Source: Sphagnum compactum (taxonomy: Eukaryota). Taken from it: a DNA stretch of 64,000 nt. Each line of letters begins with the position of its first letter. The first letter of the stretch is position 1. The DNA lies in contig OZ234493.1 of assembly GCA_965153455.1 (NCBI GenBank), positions 6,624,213 through 6,688,212 on the forward strand. Direction: 5' to 3'. Positions 41,601 through 53,598 of this stretch are shown here, in pieces. A model generated the notes under the pieces. The model was not told where the DNA came from and made no database searches. It saw only the letters and a program-made list of their open reading frames with translations. Position numbers and translations under genes: made by a program.

Positions 41601-44600
41601 CTAGTCAATTTTTTAATTGTTCCATTGTTCAAGTAACCTTATTCCATTTTGAAGATTAGTTGTAGGAAATTGCAAGAATGATAGCTAAATTTTTAAAGGA
41701 GCATGTAGGAATGTGTGTGTTAATATTGACGAATGATCATTACACCATAGCAAAATAGGTAGCAAAGTCATTAGGGATTGATGAAATAAAATCAAGGCTC
41801 AAGCTTGAAGATAAGTTCAACCAAATTAAACATTTATCACAACAAAATGGTAGAGCTTTTTATTTTTATCTTTAGTTTTTCAAAGAGACCTTTCATGCTA
41901 TGGATTTGGGCAATGTTTGTTCATTTCGTTACCATGTTATGAAAATGGTATGATGTTTGGTGTTGTCCATTTTCTTATTGATTGAACATGTTTTTTTCGC
42001 ATCTTTGGATTGATCACAAATTTTTACATAGTTGGTCATTTTCCTCTTCACATTGATATGTTCCTTTTATATTTTGATTTTTTTCACAATGATTGTGTGA
42101 ACTTGCGCAAGTGACGTAAAATGTAGCACTTACTTTTCCTTCCATATTTCTTGTAAGCCTTCTTTCAATCATGGGGTTTTTACCACTTCGGCTTATGATG
42201 TGTTCATTTAGTTTTCCATTTGATTTGATTTGTTTTATTGCTTGACTTGAAGTTTTGATAAAATGGTTTTTCAAATTTCCTTATACTTTCATAAACAGAT
42301 TAGGAAAGGAGTTAGAAAAAAAGTCCCATACACCAACTATAAGTTTTACTATTTTTTTATGAAGATGATGTGTACGCATGTAGGTTTTTTTCCATGAAGG
42401 TGGAATGCCACTAATGTGCAAAAATTCAGTATGGGCTTTTAAAGATCCAACACAATCACTATAATGCAAACATGAATGGTTGCAGAATGTAATGTTTATT
42501 GTGATTGTATTTGTGTAACGCAACAAAACAATTCAAATATAAGAAATTAGTGTGGTCATCAATTTCCATGAATTTGAAATGATTCATAGATGGTATGCTT
42601 TCATACCTACCTATTTTCCCCTTTTTTTCCTTGTTTGGTTTAGGGTTTTTAGGAGTACCCATGCTAATTGTGAATTATTGTTTTAATGTAAACTTTGTGA
42701 AACCAATAAAGACAAGTTTGTTATGACTATGGTTAATATCTAGCTAGAACATCACCATACCTATACCCATCAACATGTGGAGAATGGAACAAAAATGGTA
42801 TTAACTTATCACCAAATGCATGGGATGAACAATGTATATTGTAATTTTAAAGAAGATTTTTTCCTAAATATGGATTAAGGTTTGGGTAGAATAATATATA
42901 ATGGACATTTTTAACACAATTTTATAAACTTGACAATTTCCATCCACTTATTATGTAAATAAAGGCTAGGGGTTGCATTTGAATATTGATCTTTATGACA
43001 TATGGATATATGTAAAGCAATTTTGATTTTAGATAAACCTTTTTGTCCTAGGCTCAAAACCATCTTTTATTGAATTCCATTATAATTTCAAATTTTCAAT
43101 GCTAAAGTTGTTAAAATTTGTAAGCAATACCTACATAATGTCTTGGAAAATCCCAATGACAAAGGAAAATTTGTAATACCCAAATATGGGTCACGAAATA
43201 TGCATTGACATTTTAACAAAAATTCCAATACTCACATATAAATCACGAAATAAATGTTGGTTTATTAGTGTTTTACCGTTCTTTTAAAGTCCAACTTGAG
43301 GGGATGCAAGTATGGCATTTTGAAATTATTTTTTCAATTAACAACTATGAACTAAAATTGAGTCATTTTCATTGAAATCCATGTGTAGGTATTACAAAGG
43401 ACAAAATCATTATTTTAATGTAATACTTGCATGTGGGTCATGAAAATAATTGTTGGTTTTGGAAACTCCAAACCATTTTTAACATGACTTGGTTTGGGGT
43501 TGATGCATGTATTGCATTCTTGGATTGGGTCATCATCTAATTACCTTCAACTAGGATCAAGTGGTTTTCATAGGTCCCCATTTGTGGGTATTGTATTCAT
43601 GTATTGAGTTGTCACCCAATTACGTTCAACCAAGATTGGTGGTACATCCTAGGTAGACCATACAAATGGAAACAAAAATAAATTATAACAATCAATTATG
43701 CATTGAATTTTAAAGCTATTCAAAATTTAAAAACCAAGGAATGAAAAAATTAACCTTAGAGTTTAAAGTTAATTAACCCAAAAAATACATACAAAAAACC
43801 CTAAATGATTCTAATGGTAGATGTTATAAACCCCAACAATTATATAAACACATTCAAATTCAAAAATATACATTTTTATAGCAAGTGGGTAGTTAGGTAA
43901 GTAAGGGGGTAGAAGAAGGGTAAGCAAGGTATAGAAGTTTTGTTGAAAAGTAAAGGTTTAACTAGAAAGAGATAGAAGTTTACTTAGGAAATAGAAAGGT
44001 TTTGCTAAAAGATATATGTTTAACTATGAAAGGATAGAGGTTTTGTCAAGCGATAAAGGTTTAATTAGGATGTATAAAAGTTTTATCAAGATGCAAATGT
44101 TTTACCAATAAATAAATAGTTTTGTCAAATGGTAAAAGTTTAACTAAAAGATAAAAGTTTAGCCAAGAAAATATAATTTTTTTCCTGAAAAGGTAAAAAT
44201 TGAATGAAGAAAAGATAAAAGTTTTGCCAAAAGATATAGGTTTAGTTAATAAAAGATAAAGAGAGGTAGGAAGGGGGGTTGGTTGTTAGTTGGTAGGTAG
44301 GGTCAAAATGTAGGTTAGCAAGGTCTCTAAGTGGCATGGTAAAATGGAATATAGTTTTTTTTTTAATTGATGAAATTTTGTCAATTTTCAACCTAAAAAT
44401 GTGATTTCAACTTATAAAAAAAAATTTATATCCCACCTTGGATGTGCAACCTTCACAACTTCTTCATAATACAAGCAATTTACAACTATATCAAAAATCA
44501 AATCAAACTTGGGATACGGGAGAGGGTGAAAGCTTCTTTGGGTGGTACTATGATAAATGTCACACCTTCAATTTGTTAGACTTTTCAAACTTTAAAATAA

Positions 44601-46973
44601 TGGAGAAAAAAATTTTAAGAACTTTTTTTTGTTGAAGAAATTTTATGAGTAAAATATTATTAAAAAGTTGCTTGAATTTCTTTTTAAATAATTTTGATTT
44701 GGACAATGAATGCATTAAGAAAAAGTTCCAATAACGTGAAAAAGGAGTTCCTTTGGTTAGGAACACCATTTAAAGAATCTATCTTTCGTTTTCTTCTTGA
44801 CGTGTAATTTTTAGGAGTATTTCAAATGTCTTTCTATGTAAATTTTTTATAAGTATTTCATCGGGGAAATTATTACGAAGTTGGAAAAATGAGTTTTTTT
44901 CATTCTTGTGTTCCCATCATGTTTTCAGCCTGTTCCCAATGAAGTTCCCCATGTGTTCCTCAAGGTGTTCTCAATAGCACCTCATCTTATGTCATATCCC
45001 CTGGTGGGTGGGTTTCAAGGGTAGTGGAAAGGAGGCAATTAGCTATTTTAACCAAAATAAAATAACTTGGATAGCAAATGGTGCAAAACATGTGCCTTTT
45101 CATATCCAAAAAGGTGGATATATGAATGAAGGTCGGTTGAAAGGCCCCACACATATAAACTTACATTATATATTTAATTAAATAAATTTAACCCCTAAAA
45201 TCCTACGTGTTTGTGTAGCCAAAAGTGAACAAGTTTTAGACATTTATTATGTTGATTTTTTCAAACATAAAAAATGTTAAATTTAATAATATAACCATAC
45301 AAATGTAAAGTCAGATTAGTCACAATAGGCTAATGCTCAAAATATTTGACTCCCATCAAAGTAAATGTCTACAATTGGTGGAGCATAAATGACCAATAAA
45401 TGAAAACCCATAATGGCCTAAACCAAAAGGTGGCCACACAGAGCCCCAATTTTTTGGAGACCAAAATTGAACACGGTATACCTCCAATACATGACAACCA
45501 AAATTTCACCTTGTACATACATAAGTTATGTATCACTACAAAAAAATAAAAATTTAAAGAAAATTATATATATATATAGTTTTTTACCTTTACTCTACCA
45601 TATAATTTCAAAAATGCATGGCATAGTCAAATTTATGCATGCAAGGTGAATTCTTAAAGTATGCAAGATAAAAGTGTATTTCAAAGTTGAACAATAGATG
45701 CACACAAGTGAATACGACAAACATGCTCATCTATACAACAAAAATAGTGATGTTTGTTTGTGTCATTCATATGTGTTGCCTCCAATCCTTGTTGGACTAC
45801 CTCAATCCTTTCTCTTCCCCCATCTACATGAAAAGGTACATTAACATGTGCCTTCTCATGTCCATGTTATTATCTATATCAAAATTAATTATATGAAATA
45901 ACTACCCTTCCAACCCTAACTACCTCACTCCTTTCCCTTACCCACTTACATCAACATGGAAAGGCAAATTAACATGTGCATGTTCTTGGTAATGTTATCT
46001 ATAATAACATGCCATTTGTTAGAACCTATCTCTTTTAAGCATACTTATGTAACCTTATTTTTTGTTAATCTATATGAATATGGCAAAGGTATTTTGTGAC
46101 TAGATCACCCCCAAAAGTATTACCTATTTTACAATTTTGCTTACATGTTGAGTTACCACTTTGTAATATTAAACGCTTGGAAACAATAAAACAGTTAATA
46201 CAAGTTGTGACAATATTTTAAAACGTGGTCAAACGAATGTAAAGAGGAATGATTTTAATTCATTTTTTAAATTGGAATATGAAGAAGGAAATTTTGTTGC
46301 TTTTGATTACAGATGAAATGAAAATCTTTAACATTGAAAAAATAATAATGGGTCTTCGGTGTGCATATATTATATTACTAAGATGGATGGATTTAGAATC
46401 CTTTGTTTTCGGTTGATGAAAATGAAATTAAAGAGGAGACGGAAAACAATTGTCAAAACCTCCCCTAATTGTAACCTTTCCTTACTGCTGACCCATAATG
46501 GGGTATATTGTATTACATAGGAGAAAACTTTAGATCCAACAATGAAGGTCATAGATTTGCACATGCAATTACAAGTTTGTTATGATGTAAGGTTTCCATA
46601 CGTGTATGTCCATAAAATCTTTCAGACAATCCATGCATGATGATGTTCTGCTGTGGGAGGGAAGTTGCACCGAATATTGGGCTATATGGCCTTCGCCTTT
46701 GTTAACTTGGAGACAATTGGTGTGTAAGCTTCCTTTATTTGGACCATTAACAGCTTAGATCCATTTGGAAAGAATACAAATGGTGGCCCACAAAAGGACA
46801 ATGTCCCATGTAGAATATCCATGGTGATGTCCACTTACAATGATGAGATATCACAATTTGTGCTAAATTTGTTTATTGCGTAGTGTTGCTAACAGAATTT
46901 CCAATATTCAACTCACATAATAATTTAGTTCTAGCAATTTCAGATAATAAATTCCCTGAAAACCCAATACATT

Positions 46974-47342
46974 AGAGTTATCCGTAAAGTCACCCTGTTT
47001 TCATCCGGTCTTTGAGCCTGCTTTCACCCCCTGTCCCCCTCTCTCAGTGGTATCCACAATGTAATGAAATTTTATTAAATCTCAGTATGAATTGCTGAAA
47101 CTCAGCATTCACTGCACAAGGTTCGAGAGTAATTACAGTAGTTGTGCATGTAGGAGCAATGAAAATATATGTAACAGCGGTGGCGACGACGCTCAAGAAA
47201 AGTGAAAAAGGCAGGATGAAACTCAGTTTATCACCCAAATTGGTGGAAAAACTAGTTTGGGTCACAATAATTTCGTTTTGTAAATTTCTATTTTTCGTTA
47301 TGCGTTTCATGCCCTTAATCTAGTGACTTTATGGATAACTCT
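46974..47342. mobile_element. MITE copy A (upstream of the oxidoreductase)
   Basis: TIRs AGAGTTATCCGTAAAGTCAC / GTGACTTTATGGATAACTCT, flanked by ATT on both sides. Confidence 0.85.
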
Positions 47343-49258
47343 ATTACATTCAATACAAGCATAATCTTGAAATATAGACTTCTAATTCCAATGTGTCCCC
47401 AAAGTGAGCACAAAATGAAACAAAAATGACACCAAAGCTGGGAAGCCAAAATCTTCAAAACCATCATGTGTATTGATTGAAAACAATCCATCCTAATCCA
47501 AAACATGTACCATAAGCACAAAAGCAAAGCAAAATCTTTCATGAACATGAAAACATGTGCAACATGGAATACATTGAAACATGTGCAAATAAAGTGAATG
47601 AAGGTTCTTAAGGAAAAAAAAAATTAAGCTAAGTACTAATAGACTATATAAGGGCATTTAGGAAACCAAAAAATATATTTATCAACAATACTTATAAAGA
47701 AATTTAGAAATAATGTATGAAGTAAATTTAGAAATACTAACTCAAACCAACTACCCTACCAAATTGAAATAAAACATGCTACAGTAGTTGAGGTTTGTCA
47801 GGTCTCTGCTGAATAATTGTTTAATTCTGAAAATCCCCGAATATTCCAAAAAGATGCTTCACTTTCCTTCACAGAAAGTTTTTTTTGGAGAAAGTGTTTT
47901 TTTTTTTTGGGGTGGGGGGGGGGGGGATTTTAGAATGTCTAAAAATAACAGAATTTTTTTGTGGAACCTGCAAATTCAACTAGGCTATATTAATATATTC
48001 CTGAGGCAAAAACCATGATCCAACCAATGGGGTGCCAGTGGCAGAGGAATTACCACCATCAAGATGGTCATGGCTTTTTCTCTTTTTTTAATTATTGTTA
48101 TTACCGAGGCAGTTACATGACGAATTGAAAACGAAAAAGAGACGTGTCCAGGTGCAAAGAATCCTCCTCCTCGTACCTACTGACTGGTGGCAGAAACCCA
48201 CCCGGCAGCTTCAGGCACCTTCTACGCAGCCGCCGTCACCATGGGTCGGGACCCGGAACGCCCGGCCGCATCCAAAGGCCCTGATTTCCTCGCCGTGTTT
48301 GCTTCACCCGGTCGCCCAACGGGTAACCCGGCCTGGATGCTCGCCAGCCCAGAATCCGATAAGAACGTCGCTCCATCTTCTCGTCTATTTGTGTCTCGCA
48401 GGGATCTCTCTGTCTCTCTCTCGCTCTGTGCCGACGCTGAAGAATTTCGGATTGTACCCATTACGAGCAAATCACAAGTACTCATTCAGATCTGTATTGG
48501 GTATGCATTATCTTGTGCAGATAAATCTCCGGGCAGTAGTTGTAGTAGTAGTAGTTTTTAGTTTTTTTTTTATGTTGTTGTTGTTTTGCATTGAATGTTG
48601 AGAGTAATTATAGCAACTGTTGGTTCACATTTGGTATCAGATTTTTGCACATTTATCTCTGCAGAAAATGAAGTGTTTTTTTTTTTTTGGTTGTTGATTC
48701 TGGGCCTCCCAATGGGATGGATCATGGGTGTCCAAGTTTCCTTCAAGAGGGGTGAGCATTTTCGTTGCTGATAAATGCAGGCAATCTGCGGGTAATATTT
48801 ATTATTGTCGTGTATTTTGCAGTTGGATACAAGAATTGAAAGGAATAATTAATTTTGCACAACTTCGGGAACAACAAGTCTAGCTGCTGCTGCTGCTGCT
48901 GCTGCTGCTTCTTTTCAGTAGGTGAGTATAAGACCTTTTGTGTGAGCGAACGTCCTTGGCTCTTTGCATTTTGTGCGTGGACCCATGATTTTTTCTGTGT
49001 AATATATATATCCTCCAATTCTTGGTTGAATCCTGCTGCGAGGTGATGTTGACTTTCATGGGATTTTTCGAGGGATTCTCTGAAACTTAGTCTGAATATT
49101 ACAGAGAGTTCACTGGCTGTACAACAAGGAACTTCATTCTTGAAGAAAAGAAAGAAAGTCCAGATCCAATTCCTTGCTGCAGCTCATTCATCGCATCGTG
49201 TTGTACAGTTTCGAACAAGACAAAAGTCTACTACTACCCTGGACTTGAGATTCTAGAG

Positions 49259-51918
49259 ATGGAGCTCCAGGCCGGGGGAAGTTTGTTGAGATATGGGATC
49301 ATAGGGGTGGGGATGATGGGAAGAGAGCATCAGTACAATCTCGCAGCAATACCTGGAGCTCTTGTAGTAGCTGTTGCAGACCCAGATCCCGGTTCCCGAC
49401 AGCAAGCCGTTGCTGTAGCGTCTGCATTGCAACTCTCCAGACCAGCTCCGCCCCTTGAGGTAACAATTTATTTATTTTGATTGCCAGGCTCCTTGAATGG
49501 GTTGTTTCTTCCTGAGCTCAAGATTGTGTTTTGACGTCTCAAGACCTTCTCCTGCTGTTACATCCCTTGTGGTTGACACTGCAGAGTTGAACTCCAGAAA
49601 TTAAGGCTTGTTTGATGTCAAGCTCAGCTTGTTTCCTTGATTGTGGGACTTGTGTTGGTCATGGCACTTGCTGCCTGCAGGTGTTTGCAGATCATGGATC
49701 TCTGTTGGACAGTGGGCTGTGTGATGTAGTTGTGGTAGCCACCCCCAACATGACACATGCACAAATCCTGCTTGATATTCTCAACCACCCCAAATCCCAC
49801 CATATTCTTGTGGAGAAGCCTCTTTGCACCACAGTTGAAGATTGCTATTTGGTGAGGTGTCTGGTTGTTCTTCAAACAGACTCACTCTGCTATGCTGAAA
49901 ATCATTTACATCCAGGTTCTGATTCAAATGTTAAATTCTTTTTGTATACCATGCCACAGCTTTCAATCTGATGATTTCCTGAAATTGCTAAAAATAGGTG
50001 ATGGAAGCAGCACGATCTCGGCCTGAGGTGTTAGTGCAAGTAGGATTGGAATATAGATATATTCCTGCAGTGGCAAAGCTCATTGAGCAGGTCAAAATTG
50101 GCTCTATTGGGCATGTGCGCATGGTTTCCATTCGAGAGCACAGATTTCCATTCCTTGTGAAGGTAAAAAGTTTTTCCCAATTGATGTTGTGCATTTTGCA
50201 CTCAACAAGTTCAATGCAAGGATCAGTAAGACTTCAAGATTGTAAGTCAATTATACTGTATCAGGGAAGGAACCACTTTGAGGGTCTTCCTGGATTTAAG
50301 GGCCCGGTCACTTGGGCAATAGCCCATGGCTGGGCCTGAAAATCCAGGAAGGCCCAGAAAGGGGTTCCTCCCCCAACATGATGAACTTTTTAAATTTCAG
50401 GAATCTAACAAAATGGAAGGTATCTGCAAAACAGAACGTATCTGATGAAAACAGGTACCTTCCATTTCATAAGATTCCTGAAATTTGGAATGTCAAGTTC
50501 AAGATGTTTTATCTTGCGAGGTGCATTGAAGTACACAGGTGAAATTTATCATGTGTTGGTAAGGAGCAGTGCAAAGCCTTGAGGATTTCAAAGATTTGAC
50601 AGTGAAAATGCATGTGGATTGTGATCTGAATTGCAGGTGAATAACTGGAACCGATTCAACAGAAATTCAGGAGGCACATTGGTGGAGAAGTGCTGTCATT
50701 TTTTTGACCTTATGACATTGATAGCGGATTCCAGGCCTGTCCGTGTCATGGCTTCAGGCGCACAAGACATCAACCATTTGGATGAAATTTATGATGGCGA
50801 GGTTTGATGTCCAGTCTTTATGCATCTCTACACCACAAGAAACTGCACATGGGTCTGTCTCTCTTGTGTCTTCGAAGTTGCTTAAATCCTAAACCCTGTC
50901 TTTTCAGCCAGTTGGTAGTTGAATTAGATAATTATACACATTGATGAATTTTGTAATCCTTGCAGGTGCCAGATATTCTTGATAATGCATACGTAGTAGT
51001 GGACTATGAGAATGGTGCTCGTGGAATGCTGGATTTGTGTATGTTTGCTGAAGGCAGCCGCAATGAGCAAGAAATCTGTGTTGTAGGTGACAGAGGAAAG
51101 GTATGCCTGCAGAATCAATGTCTCTATAGCTATGTATTGGAGCCTTTTGGCTCCGATAGATGGAGACAAGAATCACAACCATTATAGGCTTGTAACTCAG
51201 CTTTTGATGTTTTTCGAGTGCCATTTGCAAAATTGACATCAAGCCTTGGAGATTCAAGATTCAAAGTTTTAGCATCTAGAGTGTAAAGTTTTGAAGGACA
51301 AGGGAAATTTCTGCTTCTTGCAGGGGGAGGCTTTTGTACCAGAAAGCATTGTTCGAATTGGGGCACGGGATAGTGGCAGAGCAGGAGTTTTGACATATGA
51401 AGTGCATGATAAGCGTGTCAAGTATGAATGTGTCATCAACTGCCATGATCCCTTTTGATTTTCCTGCTCTCAATTTTGTGTAAAACAATTTGAGTTATAG
51501 AAATGGATTAAAAAGCTCCTCTCATTTCCAATTGTAAGTCTACTGAATTCCTGAATCTCAAAACAGATCTCTCCACACTCTAATATTTTGCACTGTAGAG
51601 TGAAATTTGCTGTTTTCTGCAGATGATCTGCCAAAAATAAAGTAGGTACTGTTGCACCCATTGTGGTTTTGTACTTCTCCGACAGCAACTAAGTTACTGT
51701 GTGTATGAATGTTTAGGTATGAGGGGCTCCACCACGGATCAAGCTTCTTGGAACACTTGGAGTTTGCAGCGGCTATCAAATCCCATGGTGAACATCCACC
51801 AACAGTTGGATTGGAGGCAGGTTTGATGTCAGTTGCAGTTGGGGTTGCAGCTCAACTTTCCATTGAGCTTGGTAGATTTGTAGCTCTCTCAGAAGTTCTT
51901 GCTCGGAAGAGATCATAG
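49259..51918 (+). CDS. Gfo/Idh/MocA family NAD(P)-dependent oxidoreductase (inositol 2-dehydrogenase-like), 7 coding exons, 378 aa
   Basis: Exons 49259-49459, 49681-49851, 49998-50162, 50637-50801, 50966-51100, 51324-51421 and 51717-51918 are all bounded by GT..AG introns and join in frame (1137 nt). Motifs: Rossmann [50 protein letters not shown]. Confidence 0.95.
50264..50373 (+). other. Long intronic hairpin 1 (candidate pre-miRNA or fold-back mini-element)
   Basis: Arms GGGAAGGAACC...CTTCCTGGATTT / AAATCCAGGAAG...GGTTCCTCCCC. Pairing continues inward to TGGGC-AATA-GCCCA. Confidence 0.6.
50392..50486 (+). other. Long intronic hairpin 2 (candidate pre-miRNA or fold-back mini-element)
   Basis: AAATTTCAGGAATCT...AAATGGAAGGTATCTG pairs with CAGGTACCTTCCATTT...AGATTCCTGAAATTT. 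Weaker pairing extends to ~50375/50508. Confidence 0.6.
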
Positions 51919-52741
51919 TTGCAAAGTTCCCAAGTCCCTCCTTTTCTTATTCACAAATGTATGCAAAACCTCATTGCCAAATATTATTGTATGGATTAAT
52001 TTCATTCAGGTATGAAAATTGAGACTGTTGGTGTTATCGATACATTCAGTGTGCTACACCATTAACTACATTGTATATATATATATATATATGCAGACAA
52101 AGATTATTTTGTGAAAATTTTATGCACATAAAGCATCTTTGGAAATCAGTGAAACTCACAAGGCATTAGAGGTTTTTATCTACAAAGATTTCTTGATAGT
52201 TGGGAGTCTTTTTCTTTTTGTTTTTCAAAGTTGTAGTTTAAATTCAGATTTCATGGAGAATGGATACATTGATTTGGGGTTTTCAAGTTGGACAAAAAAT
52301 GTCTTGGCATTTTGCTTCCATCTTTGCAAATTAGTTATCTATTCTAGTTGGGTTTCTTTCAGTAATGAGATTGGGGGCAGAATGGAGGGATGTAATTGGA
52401 TCTGTGACAGCAAGCAAACAACCAGAAAATGTGAAAAATGACCGTATTATGGCAACAATCTTGCTGAAAACTTAGACAATTTGTGTTTGTAGAGAATCTG
52501 CAACATACTTAAGCATTTTGTATAGGGGAATGCATTTCCTTGAGGGAGTTACGACATCATGTGAGGTGAGGAGGATGAGAGGGCAGTCGAAATCTCACTC
52601 ACCGACAATGACATGACTCTGGCAGGAAAATGCCTACTCCCGTGTACAGATTTTTTAGCATTTAAAAAAGCATTTACCTTTCACATACCTTTCTGCACCA
52701 CCTTATGAAAAACTATCTGTTGTTGTGGGATTGTACAGAGT

Positions 52742-52874
52742 TCTTATGGGATTTATGCCATACAACCACATTGAAAATGATGAAGCCTTTCAGCTCAAAA
52801 ATCTTATGGGATCCATGAAATTATGTCATAACAACCCAATTGAAAATGATGAAGCCTTTTAGCTCAAGAATCTT
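52742..52874. repeat. Two-copy ~65-bp tandem duplication
   Basis: TCTTATGGGAT...ATTGAAAATGATGAAGCCTTT.AGCTCAA.AATCTT occurs twice. Confidence 0.8.
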
Positions 52875-53232
52875 TCCTCAACTTCTAAAAGGTCTGTGCT
52901 TTCGAAGAAATTCCAAGAGCAAAAGGATAGTAGGATTTGTAAGTTCCCATATTTTTAACCTGAGTATAACAAGTTTTGCATGTGAAGAATGAGAATTTCA
53001 AGGGCAAAGGATTGTAGGATTTGTTAAATTTTTTGCATTCTTGTTCTGACCAAGAGTTTGCAGGTGAAGAATGAGAAATGGGGGGCAATGTTGCAAAAAG
53101 GAATATCGTAGTTGTTGCTATGGCCAGCTTAGAGATGAACTGGGCAAGAACACACCAAAACACACATTCACAAAAAAATTCAGTGCAGTCGGGATATATG
53201 TCAGACACCTCTTGTCCGCAGTGGGACACAAT

Positions 53233-53598
53233 AGAGTTCTCTGTAAAGTCAGGCGATTAGGGGGCTAGAACGGTCAGTTTTGGCATAATAGGGCATATGA
53301 AAATTTTACAAAATGAAATAACTAGGATGCAAACTAATTTTTCTTCTAATTTTGTTAGTGAACTAAGTTTCATCCCTTCTTTCCTTTTTCCCGAGCCCCT
53401 CCACTGCTGCTACTTATCTTTTCACGGCTCTACCTGTACACCTACTATAATTACTCTCGAACCTTGTGCATTAAATGCTGAGTTTCAGCATTTCATACTG
53501 AGATTTAATAAAACTTTCCTTACTTTATGGACACCAGTGAAAGAGGGGATAGAGGGTGAAAGAGAGGGTGAAGGCAGGGTGACTTTATGGATAACTCT
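53233..53598. mobile_element. MITE copy B (downstream, opposite orientation to copy A)
   Basis: Same TIR family. The body is the reverse complement of copy A, e.g. CTCGAACCTTGTGCA...GAGTTTCAGCA...CATACTGAGATTTAATAAAA. Confidence 0.85.

Noticed and set aside
47044-47310. Similar ORFs at 47044-47310 and 53297-53626 (ITLEPCA.NAEFQ.FILRFNK) suggesting a peptide family
   Set aside because: The similarity is explained by the two MITE copies, and the start and stop positions differ.
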